Origin: Methanosarcinales archaeon
GTDB lineage: Archaea > Halobacteriota > Methanosarcinia > Methanosarcinales > Methanogasteraceae
Assembly (NCBI GenBank): GCA_030625165.1
Contig: DAOURL010000002.1
Location: 1-43,200, forward strand
Direction: 5' to 3'
DNA: 43,200 bases
The position numbers and the translations under genes are program-made. This document shows, piece after piece, positions 8,079-15,638 of the stretch. Position 1 is the stretch's first letter, and every line of letters starts with the position of its first letter. A model generated the notes under the pieces. It saw nothing but the letters and a program-made list of their open reading frames with translations. It was not told the origin of the DNA and ran no database searches.

Positions 8079-9272
8079 ATGGACAGAAATAACACTTTAA
8101 AATCGATAACTATCGGCATAGTGCTGGTGCTATCGATCGTAGCGCTATGTGCCGGCACCGTATCTGCAAAGCCAATAGAGATACGGGCCCTGCCGGGATC
8201 GATCACGACCGGTTCTGATATGTATCTCGATGGGTTCAATTTCTCGGCGTTACAGTATTCTATTAAGAAGAACACCACTGTAGAATTCCTCAATCTCCAC
8301 TTCGCCAGTAACGGGACGATCAAAGAAGACGGTGCGGTTTACACGACAAGTACGTGCAAGGGTTCTATGCGGTTTATCTGGTTCATGGGCTGCGAATACC
8401 GCTCGCTCGATCCGGATAAGGCGAATCTCTTGAGTAAGATACTGATCTGTTTCGATAAATATGATGCGCCAGCAGAGGGTAATACAAAGAAGACTCTGGC
8501 AACCGGCGAGAGATGGGAACTTAAGGAAGGGTACAGTCTTGTGGCATCGCAGGTTGACCTCATAGGCAATAAAGTATACCTAAATATTTATAAAAATGGT
8601 GAAGCTGTGTACGATGAGGTTCTCCAACCAGGGGACTATTTCGTGTACAACGAGACCATCGACGATGTGGAGGACATTACCCTCTTCACGTGCCACGTTG
8701 ATTCGGCGTTCCGCGGAACCGATTCCAATGTCGTGATACTGAGTGTGGTGAGGCAGTACTCGGATAATCCAAAGAAGATTGAGATCGGCGATGAGTACGG
8801 GGACTTTGAGGTGAAAGAGATCACAGATAAGAAGATCACACTCAAGAACGCCAACACGATATCCTTTTCGCTCTTTGAACGAGAGGAACTGCTTGGCGAT
8901 TGGATAAAGTTTAGGGTTTCTGAGAATGGGTGGTGGGGCTATGCATATACCGAGATCGCGCTTGCAGCTCCGGAAGTCAGGGAATCCACCGGAAACCCCG
9001 GGTTGCCACCAGTCGAGACTGCGGTAACAAACAGCACTCCAACCACCGCGCCAACCAGTGTGGCAGATACCAGTGTGGCAGATGCCAGTGGCGACACTGA
9101 CGCTTCCGAAGACGCGCCCGCCCTGCCTCCGGAGGATGCCAGCGCCACGGAAAACAACCCTGCACAGGAGACTGGAACTGATGCCGCGCATACGGAATCT
9201 GTTCCGGGTTTCGGGGTTCTGTCTGCTATCGCTGGACTTTTTGCGGTCGCATATATTAGACGGCTGAAGTGA
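8079..9272 (+). CDS. Surface (S-layer family, DUF1608-type) protein with PGF-CTERM archaeosortase signal
   Basis: Signal peptide, a DUF1608-like core (GERWELKEGYSLVASQVDLIGNKVYLNIYKNGEAVYDE), a Thr/Ser/Ala/Asp-rich linker, and a terminal PGFGVLSAIAGLFAVAYIRRLK. Confidence 0.75.
   Translation: MDRNNTLKSITIGIVLVLSIVALCAGTVSAKPIEIRALPGSITTGSDMYLDGFNFSALQYSIKKNTTVEFLNLHFASNGTIKEDGAVYTTSTCKGSMRFIWFMGCEYRSLDPDKANLLSKILICFDKYDAPAEGNTKKTLATGERWELKEGYSLVASQVDLIGNKVYLNIYKNGEAVYDEVLQPGDYFVYNETIDDVEDITLFTCHVDSAFRGTDSNVVILSVVRQYSDNPKKIEIGDEYGDFEVKEITDKKITLKNANTISFSLFEREELLGDWIKFRVSENGWWGYAYTEIALAAPEVRESTGNPGLPPVETAVTNSTPTTAPTSVADTSVADASGDTDASEDAPALPPEDASATENNPAQETGTDAAHTESVPGFGVLSAIAGLFAVAYIRRLK
9055..9091 (+). 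repeat. 2.5 x 15-bp in-frame tandem repeat in the surface-protein linker
   Basis: CCAGTGTGGCAGATA / CCAGTGTGGCAGATG / CCAGTGG encodes TSVADTSVADASG. Confidence 0.85.
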
Positions 9273-9298
9273 AAGGGGCGGATACCGGAGACTCTTGC

Positions 9299-9331
9299 AA
9301 GACCTGTGACAGATGTTCACAGGTCTTTTTT
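9299..9331 (+). terminator. Hairpin plus oligo-T terminator after the surface-protein gene
   Basis: AAGACCTGTGA-cagatgt-TCACAGGTCTT is followed by TTTT. It starts 27 nt after the stop codon. Confidence 0.6.
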
Positions 9332-9488
9332 ACCTTTATATAGGGCAGATGTGCCAGATGCATCCCGAGCAGAAGCAGCCGGCTGGGTGGGAACTGTGAT
9401 CGGTTATGGGCGGCGGCATCAGCCCTGTAAACCAAATAGGTTAATATAGAAGGATGTTATAGATTAACATAATTACACAGGTGATTTC

Positions 9489-9884
9489 ATGGCAAATAGG
9501 AATATTATAGAAAAGATACTTGGTCCGCCGATGCCGAAAAAATCTGTAGACCCTGATAAGTATCACAATATCAGTCTCGATGACTACGATGAGGTCATAG
9601 AAGATGCGCCGGCAGAGACGTATATACGCGTTGCGGAACTGAGCAATCTTGATGGAATTCCCGATCTAAGAAAGGAGATATACGACGGAAATATCGTGAT
9701 TGTTGATATCTCGCTGATAAAGCGGGACAAGATGATACTCGAACGCGCGCTTCGTGACCTGCGGGATGTGGTAAGTGATGTGCACGGAGATATCGCAGGA
9801 CTCGGCGAGGATATGGTGATCACGACTCCGACAGGCATCAGGATCGATCGTACACGGCTTGGTGGGCAGACGACGGCATATTGA
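9489..9884 (+). CDS. sepF: Cell division protein SepF homologue (DUF552)
   Basis: 131 aa. YIRVAELSNLDGIPDLRKEIYDGNIVIVDISLIKRDK..ERALRDLRDVV..HGDIAGLGEDMV matches the archaeal SepF layout. AGGTGA precedes the ATG. Confidence 0.75.
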   Translation: MANRNIIEKILGPPMPKKSVDPDKYHNISLDDYDEVIEDAPAETYIRVAELSNLDGIPDLRKEIYDGNIVIVDISLIKRDKMILERALRDLRDVVSDVHGDIAGLGEDMVITTPTGIRIDRTRLGGQTTAY

Positions 9885-9885
9885 T

Positions 9886-11280
9886 ATGAAGATCAACAGC
9901 CCTCTGCAGGCTTACGAGTACCTGCCGAAGACGAACTGCGGGGACTGTGGGGAACCGACATGCATGGCGTTTGCCTCGCATCTGATCGATCGGTCGATGA
10001 AGGCAGAGGAGTGCCCGCCACTGCTCGACGAAACATATAAAGATAATTATAACACGCTCGTCGATCTGCTTGCGCCTGAGATACGCGAGGTCGTAATCGG
10101 AACCGGCGACCATGCGATCACCATCGGCGGGGATGATGTGTTGTATCGGCACAAGCTGACCTTCTTTAATAAAACCGCCTTCGCTTATGACGTGTGGGAC
10201 ACAATGAGCGAGGAAGAACTGGTCAAACGCGTCAACGATATTCAGAACTACAAAAAATTTTACATCGGCGAGTTCCTGACACTTGACGCGGTTGCGATCA
10301 GATGCACATCCGGCGATGCGGATCAGTTCGCGCAAACGACCGCGAAAGTGATGGAAACGACCGAACTGCCGCTTCTGCTATGTTCGCTTGATCCGGAGGT
10401 TCTTGGTGCAGGACTTGCCGTTGCTGCCGATCGAAAGCCACTGATCTATGCCGCAACTACTGAAAACTGGCGCGATGTTGCAGAGCTTGCACTCACACAT
10501 AACGTCCCTGTGGTGCTCTCTGCGCCAAACGATCCGGATGCCTTAAAATCGCTTGCACTGACGTTTGCGTCGGCGGGCATCACCGACCTCGTGCTCGATC
10601 CGGGGACGTCTCCGACAGACGGGCTGCGGGACTCCTTTGAGAACTTCCTGAAAATCAGGCGTGCAGGGATCGACGGGCAGACCGATATCGCATATCCTCT
10701 GATGGCGGTTCCCATGACCGTCTGGGAACGTTTCGATGGTATAAGTGCGGCATACTGGGAGAGCGTGCTTGCATCGATCTTCACGGTCAGGTACGGGGAC
10801 ATCATGATCATGCACAGCATCGAGCCGTACTCGCTCCTTCCGGAACTGCATATCAGGGACACGGTCTACACCGACCCGAGAAAGCCGGTGATGGTCGATG
10901 CGGGCGTCTTTGAGGTCGGCTCGCCTGACCGGAAGTCGCCTGTCTTCGTAACAGCGAACTTTGCGCTGACATATTATACGGTGGAGAGCGATCTGGCGTC
11001 CAATGATATCGACTGCTATCTCTGCGTGGTGGATACCGACGGCATCGGCGTCGAGGCGGCGGTGGCAGGCGGGCAGCTCACTGCGGCAAAGATCAAGGAC
11101 ATGTTCGATTCAGCAGGATTTGATGTGCAGGAGAAGACCGACCACGGCGCAATTATCCTTCCGGGACTTGCTGCACGGCTGCAAGGAGATGTTGAGGATA
11201 CAACCGGGCTTAACGTGATGATCGGACCTCCTGATTCAGGACAGATCCCGCGGTGGATGGAATCGAAGTGGGAGTCGTGA
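9886..11280 (+). CDS. cdhE: Acetyl-CoA decarbonylase/synthase complex gamma subunit (corrinoid Fe-S protein large subunit)
   Basis: MKINSPLQAYEYLPKTNCGDCGEPTCMAFA is the N-terminal 4Fe-4S motif. Full-length collinearity with Methanosarcina CdhE as I remember it (GGDDVLYRHKLTFFNKT, FALTYYTVESDL, DTDGIGVEAA, PGLAARLQGD). I prefer the ATG at 9886 over the track start at 9859. Confidence 0.9.
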   Translation: MKINSPLQAYEYLPKTNCGDCGEPTCMAFASHLIDRSMKAEECPPLLDETYKDNYNTLVDLLAPEIREVVIGTGDHAITIGGDDVLYRHKLTFFNKTAFAYDVWDTMSEEELVKRVNDIQNYKKFYIGEFLTLDAVAIRCTSGDADQFAQTTAKVMETTELPLLLCSLDPEVLGAGLAVAADRKPLIYAATTENWRDVAELALTHNVPVVLSAPNDPDALKSLALTFASAGITDLVLDPGTSPTDGLRDSFENFLKIRRAGIDGQTDIAYPLMAVPMTVWERFDGISAAYWESVLASIFTVRYGDIMIMHSIEPYSLLPELHIRDTVYTDPRKPVMVDAGVFEVGSPDRKSPVFVTANFALTYYTVESDLASNDIDCYLCVVDTDGIGVEAAVAGGQLTAAKIKDMFDSAGFDVQEKTDHGAIILPGLAARLQGDVEDTTGLNVMIGPPDSGQIPRWMESKWES

Positions 11281-11283
11281 GGG

Positions 11284-11302
11284 TTTCACTTTCACCCCGC
11301 TC
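11284..11302 (+). promoter_or_regulatory. (TTTCAC)2-CCCGCTC element, 12 nt upstream of a TTTATATA box (11315-11322)
   Basis: The same 19-mer occurs at 15573-15591 upstream of radA, with near-identical spacing to a TATA-like box. Confidence 0.45.
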
Positions 11303-11396
11303 TTGGATTACTGATTTATATATGTGGGCTGATGTGCATATCAAGGACTTGCACAGCCCTACACGATTCTGGGCGGACCTGCAGATTCCTCCCCTC

Positions 11397-11409
11397 TTTT
11401 TATTTTTTT
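11397..11409 (+). terminator. Oligo-T termination signal in the cdhE-uvrC spacer
   Basis: CCTCCCCTC-TTTTTATTTTTTT. Archaeal RNA polymerase terminates at such T tracts. Confidence 0.5.
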
Positions 11410-11502
11410 AACAACCCCGTCCAGACCCCCGACCCGTAAGATTCATTGCGGGTCCCGCTCGCATTACATATCAGACCGCAGGTAAGCGACTCTGAAAGAA
11501 CC

Positions 11503-13053
11503 ATGATCTGCCCATCCGGACTCCCGGAAAACCCAGGATGCTATCTCTTCAAAGATGCCGCTGATAACATAATCTACGTGGGGAAAGCAAAGAATCTCAA
11601 AAAGCGCGTCCATAGTTACTTCCAGAGACGCGAGCGCGACCCAAAGACCGAGGTCCTCGTAGAGAAAGCAGATTCTGTCGATTTCATCGTCACGGACAGC
11701 GAACTCGAGGCGCTGATCCTTGAAAACACCCTCATTAAGCGACACCAGCCGAGATATAATATCGACCTTAAGGATGCGAAGAGTTACGCATACATCCGGA
11801 TCACGGACGAGGAATTTCCGCGTATCGGGATTGCACGGAGGTTGGACGGAAGCGGAAGTTTCTTTGGTCCGTTTGTCACTGCAAAGGAGCGCGACTATAT
11901 CCTTTCGGTCGTGAAAAAGACGTTTAAGCTGCGATCATGTCGCAGACTCCCGAAACGGGCGTGTCTCAGGTACCATATCGGGTCGTGCAGCGCGCCGTGT
12001 ATCGGAAAGATCAGCAGCGAGGAGTACCGCACGCAAGTCGCCCGGGCGCAGTCGCATCTCCGCGGGAATACGAGCGATCTGATCCGGTCTTTATCGCAGG
12101 AGATGGCAGAAAAATCGATGGAACAGGAATTTGAGTTTGCGATGGAACTCAGGGACCAGATCGCTGCCATCGAGCACCTTGCAGAACGCCAGTATGTGGA
12201 TCGGCAGAAGAACTACGATGAGGATGTCATCAACTACGTGAAAAGCGATGGCAAGGTCTATCTCATGCTCTTCAACGTGTACAAGGGCATGCTCGCAGAC
12301 AAGCAGGAGTTTGTCTTCGATGAGCGCGAGGAGGTGATCGACGAGTTCCTTGTGCAGTACTACTCAGAGCACTGCCCGCCGCCCGAACTGATCCTGCCCT
12401 CGCAGGTAAGTGACGTGATCCCGGATTTCCTCATCCGTAGGAGCGGGCGGCGGGTCAGGATCACGATCCCGAAGCGGGGTGAGAAGAAGAAGCTGCTCGA
12501 TCTCGTCAGGAAGAACATCGAGATTTCATTCTTTGGCGGGCAGATCAAACTTGAGGCGCTGAAAAACCTTCTCGGGCTTCCCCGCGTCCCCACGGTCATC
12601 GAGTGCTTCGACATCTCCCACCTATCAGGCACGTCGATGGTCGCATCGATGGTGCAGTACAGGGCAGGAAAGCCGGATAAACGGAATTACAGGCGGTTCA
12701 AGATCAGGACGGTCGAGAAGATCGACGATTTCGCTGCCATTGCCGAGGTCGTGCGGAGACGGTATTCGCGCCTGAAAAGGGAGGATGGTGAATTCCCGGA
12801 TCTGGTAATCATCGATGGCGGAAAGGGGCAGCTCTCGGCAGCCCGCGGGGAGATTGAGAGGCTCGGGCTCAGGATTCCAATCATCTCCATCGCCAAGCGA
12901 GAGGAAGAGATCTATGTGCCGGGTCTCACCCATCCCCTGCCTTCTGACCGGAAGGATAAAGCATCGCTCTTTGTTCAGGAGATCCGGGATGAGGCGCACC
13001 GGTTCGCAGTCGCGTACCACCGGCTGCTCAGGCGAAAAGCGGTGGTGTCATGA
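11503..13053 (+). CDS. uvrC: Excinuclease ABC subunit C (short form without the C-terminal HhH2 domain)
   Basis: GIY-YIG (GCYLFKDAADNIIYVGKAKNLKKRVHSYF), UVR domain (FEFAMELRDQIAAIEHL), RNase H-like endonuclease domain (IECFDISHLSG..IIDGGKGQL) and IRDEAHRFAVAYHR. I prefer the ATG at 11503 (TTACATAT box about 32 nt upstream). Confidence 0.9.
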   Translation: MICPSGLPENPGCYLFKDAADNIIYVGKAKNLKKRVHSYFQRRERDPKTEVLVEKADSVDFIVTDSELEALILENTLIKRHQPRYNIDLKDAKSYAYIRITDEEFPRIGIARRLDGSGSFFGPFVTAKERDYILSVVKKTFKLRSCRRLPKRACLRYHIGSCSAPCIGKISSEEYRTQVARAQSHLRGNTSDLIRSLSQEMAEKSMEQEFEFAMELRDQIAAIEHLAERQYVDRQKNYDEDVINYVKSDGKVYLMLFNVYKGMLADKQEFVFDEREEVIDEFLVQYYSEHCPPPELILPSQVSDVIPDFLIRRSGRRVRITIPKRGEKKKLLDLVRKNIEISFFGGQIKLEALKNLLGLPRVPTVIECFDISHLSGTSMVASMVQYRAGKPDKRNYRRFKIRTVEKIDDFAAIAEVVRRRYSRLKREDGEFPDLVIIDGGKGQLSAARGEIERLGLRIPIISIAKREEEIYVPGLTHPLPSDRKDKASLFVQEIRDEAHRFAVAYHRLLRRKAVVS

Positions 13054-13060
13054 TCTTTCG

Positions 13061-13287
13061 GCTCTCTGGTAATTCGCGTTGCACACACTTTTTCGCCCTT
13101 ATAGAGGATCTGGCCATGATAAGGAAGATTAAACCACAGAGGACACGGAGGACACAGAGTGTTGTTATTTTTCCCTTTTGCCGCCTCTGTGTCCCTCTGT
13201 GATCTCCGTGGTTTTCCAAAACCTTATTCCAAAAATATCAAAAAGTCTCACGGGTTTTAGTCACTGCAACGCGAGATACCCAAGACC
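13061..13287. mobile_element. MITE-like element, family A, copy 1, with 10-bp target-site duplication
   Basis: 23-bp imperfect TIRs (GCTCTCTGGTAATTCGCGTTGCA versus the reverse complement GGTCTTGGGTATCTCGCGTTGCA, 18/23). Flanking perfect direct repeats TGATCTTTCG sit at 13051-13060 and 13288-13297. The central long hairpin spans 13131-13215. It has no coding capacity. Confidence 0.7.
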
Positions 13288-13361
13288 TGATCTTTCGCGG
13301 TTTGCGGTGTGACGTTTATAGCCATTGAAGCCGAACAACTCTTCTGAAGTTCAGACCGACC

Positions 13362-13967
13362 ATGTTAGAACACTCGACCCACCCCGGCTACCAGATCCAC
13401 CTCGCAGATGATGTATACGAACCGGCAGAGGACTCCTACCTCTTAATCGACGTCGCACTAAATGAGATCGCGGGATCAAAGCAGCGATTGCGCATCATCG
13501 AGATCGGCACAGGCTCAGGGATCGTGACAGCGGCTATGATGCGAGATGCGCCGGAACACAGATACGCGGCAACCGATATCAGCCCCCATGCGGTAGCGTG
13601 TGCAAAGGCAAACCGCGTGCCTGTGATCCGTGCGGATCTCTTCAGCGGGATCAGGGGAAGATTCGATCTGATCATCTTTAATTCGCCGTATCTCCCGACC
13701 GCACCAGCCGAGCGGGTCGATGGCTGGCTCGATTATGCATGGAACGGCGGGGAGGATGGGCGGGCGGTCATCGACCGGTTCCTCGAGCGGGCTCAAGCGT
13801 TTCTCGCAGACCGCGGAAGCATCCTGCTCTTGCTCTCATCGCTGACCGGCATCGAGACTGTGCGTGAGCGCATGGCGTCGGCGGGTCTTGTGGTGCACGA
13901 GGTGGCGAGCATTCGATGCCCGGGCGAGCGGCTCGTGGTGCTGCGTGGATCACTTTCGTCAAAATAG
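13362..13967 (+). CDS. HemK-related (PrmC/Mtq2-like) SAM-dependent methyltransferase
   Basis: DVYEPAEDSYLL, SAM-binding IIEIGTGSGIV, and the catalytic NSPY (NPPY-type) motif. 201 aa, as in the archaeal HemK-related family. Confidence 0.8.
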   Translation: MLEHSTHPGYQIHLADDVYEPAEDSYLLIDVALNEIAGSKQRLRIIEIGTGSGIVTAAMMRDAPEHRYAATDISPHAVACAKANRVPVIRADLFSGIRGRFDLIIFNSPYLPTAPAERVDGWLDYAWNGGEDGRAVIDRFLERAQAFLADRGSILLLLSSLTGIETVRERMASAGLVVHEVASIRCPGERLVVLRGSLSSK

Positions 13968-14077
13968 AGTATAAAATATAATTTTGTTGTGTGCCAATCG
14001 TTGTTGTGGATCGTTATACAGTCTGCAGTGATGTACAGAGATCGTTTGGTTTGAGTACGCTGGGTTTGGTTAATTTT

Positions 14078-14440
14078 TTATTCATCTTTTTCTGCGCTAA
14101 CGTACATTTCCATGTCGCCACGAGAATATACTTGTTCTAAAATTCCCTGTAAAGTTTCAGCGAGTTTTTTGGCAGCCACATGGGACATATATATCCGAGT
14201 TCCATCGAGGAGAACTTTGTCGTCTTTCTTGATGCCAGGCATTTGAAGGAAGTCTATGTACACATCTCTATGGGTAGCTTGAATATATGCAAGATTTGAG
14301 TAGTGAACTGCAGATATATCTGGTACAATATCTTCCGGATCGAATCGGTAAATTTCTCCTAAATCGATTAAAACTGATTTTGCTTCTTCGTCTGAAGCTC
14401 TTTCTTCTTCCAGTACATCCTTTTCTTTTTCAGTAGTCAT
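14078..14440 (-). CDS. DUF3467-like small protein
   Basis: HYSNLAYIQATHRDVYIDFLQMPG resembles the YSN..V.HS..EF.LDF core of DUF3467. I prefer the ATG at 14440 over the TTG at 14449. Lies in the AT-rich islet. Confidence 0.5.
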   Translation of the reverse strand: MTTEKEKDVLEEERASDEEAKSVLIDLGEIYRFDPEDIVPDISAVHYSNLAYIQATHRDVYIDFLQMPGIKKDDKVLLDGTRIYMSHVAAKKLAETLQGILEQVYSRGDMEMYVSAEKDE

Positions 14441-14445
14441 AAAAA

Positions 14446-14964
14446 TCAAGCCTGCCCTGAAGCTAATATAACATTTTCTCCATATTGTTGTCCTTCACCT
14501 GCGAAGAATTTATCAGTCCAAATTCTGCCGTTGCATTCATATTGAGCCATAGTGGCAACAGCTAATGGCTGTACTTTGTGCCTTAGCACTTTCAAGTAGT
14601 AATCCAAAATAGCAGTATCCATACATTCCGTTCCATCTCTATCGTCTATCGAAGCATATGACAGGAATGTTAATGCAATAATTTTTTTTGCTTTCAAATT
14701 TAAACGATAAACAGGATGTTGTATATCGCTTATGTCTTTTTCAAGTAACCCGAGATTTGTAAGATTGGCAAGAGCTTTTCTAACGGTTGGTGCTCTAGCT
14801 CCAGTCATCTCTTCAAAATATTTGGGTCGATAGTCGCGATAGGGGTCAGCTACAACCTCTTCAATGATCTTTGTCTGTACATTATCCCCAAAAAGTCCAC
14901 CGTAGGGTTTGTCGAGATACATCTCAAATTCCCTTGGTAACTCTGGTAAGTGTTCTTCTGCCAT
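14446..14964 (-). CDS. Winged-helix transcriptional regulator-like protein
   Basis: 172 aa. YFEEMTGARAPTVRKALANLTNLGLLEK..VYRLN is a wHTH recognition helix plus wing. Lies in the AT-rich islet. Confidence 0.6.
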   Translation of the reverse strand: MAEEHLPELPREFEMYLDKPYGGLFGDNVQTKIIEEVVADPYRDYRPKYFEEMTGARAPTVRKALANLTNLGLLEKDISDIQHPVYRLNLKAKKIIALTFLSYASIDDRDGTECMDTAILDYYLKVLRHKVQPLAVATMAQYECNGRIWTDKFFAGEGQQYGENVILASGQA

Positions 14965-14992
14965 GTTAATTCATTCATAGCATCTTCTCTTA

Positions 14993-15262
14993 TTAAACCT
15001 TTGTCTTATTTTCTGTAACAGAAAATATTTTTTCCAATTGCTTTTTATGTCTATGATGGGGAACTTCAAGATCATAGTGCGATATCCATTGGGATGCCCA
15101 CACCTGATTTTCTAATTTAACTACTTTTTCTCCTTTATATCGATATATGCCTATGTATTGTGGACTTAATCCTTTGACAACACTTTCAATATCGAGTCCT
15201 TCAGCTTCCCATTTTTTCTTACATCGCTCAATCTCCTGATCGATCCGCGTTTTATTAGCCAT
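14993..15262 (-). CDS. Hypothetical small protein
   Basis: 89-aa ORF, first gene of the three-gene AT-rich cassette. No recognisable motif. Confidence 0.4.
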   Translation of the reverse strand: MANKTRIDQEIERCKKKWEAEGLDIESVVKGLSPQYIGIYRYKGEKVVKLENQVWASQWISHYDLEVPHHRHKKQLEKIFSVTENKTKV

Positions 15263-15554
15263 GAAAGAAATTTAGCAACAGGGTATGTTGGATCTGGCGG
15301 ATTAGGAACAACGGCCCGATTTTTATCGACTGCACTACGGGAAGAAAGTTTCGTATTATCGGACATTACCGCATTTTCTTATATCGTAGATAGATAAACC
15401 TGCTCATTTTAACTAAACAATGCCGTACACACACGACTCACCAATCCCCATAGCCAATCACGCACCCCCCGCCCACACTCATCCCATCGCCCGACCTCAG
15501 CCCATGGATGCCACTGACTCAAGCAAAGCGAAGTCAGGGGTCGGTGACGCCATG

Positions 15555-15591
15555 GTTCACTTTCAATTTCACTTTCACTTTCACCCCGCTC
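15555..15591 (+). promoter_or_regulatory. (TTTCAC)-type hexamer array (5 units) plus CCCGCTC, 11 nt upstream of the radA TATA-like box (TTAATACT, 15603-15610)
   Basis: GTTCAC TTTCAA TTTCAC TTTCAC TTTCAC CCCGCTC. The TATA centre lies about 26 nt before 15633, so radA (ATG at 15639) would be nearly leaderless. Confidence 0.5.
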
Positions 15592-15638
15592 ATGCCAAAC
15601 GGTTAATACTCCCCCAAAGACAGTTTGATCTGATCACC

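Noticed and set aside
8580-9320. 246-aa minus-strand ORF
   Set aside because: It is antisense to the S-layer-type gene and runs through that gene's terminator hairpin.
9859-9885. Upstream start for cdhE overlapping sepF
   Set aside because: CdhE homologues begin MKINSPL, and the ATG at 9886 gives that N-terminus.
13051-13053. uvrC truncated by the MITE insertion
   Set aside because: The TGA lies inside the duplicated target sequence, so it existed before insertion. The sequence after the second TSD copy shows no HhH-coding potential.
15420-15638. N-terminal 73-aa extension of radA in the ORF track
   Set aside because: The extension is translated from the C/A-rich tract and the TTTCAC hexamer array (HFQFHFHFH). 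RadA homology starts at [11 protein letters not shown] (15639), which has a correctly spaced TATA-like box.
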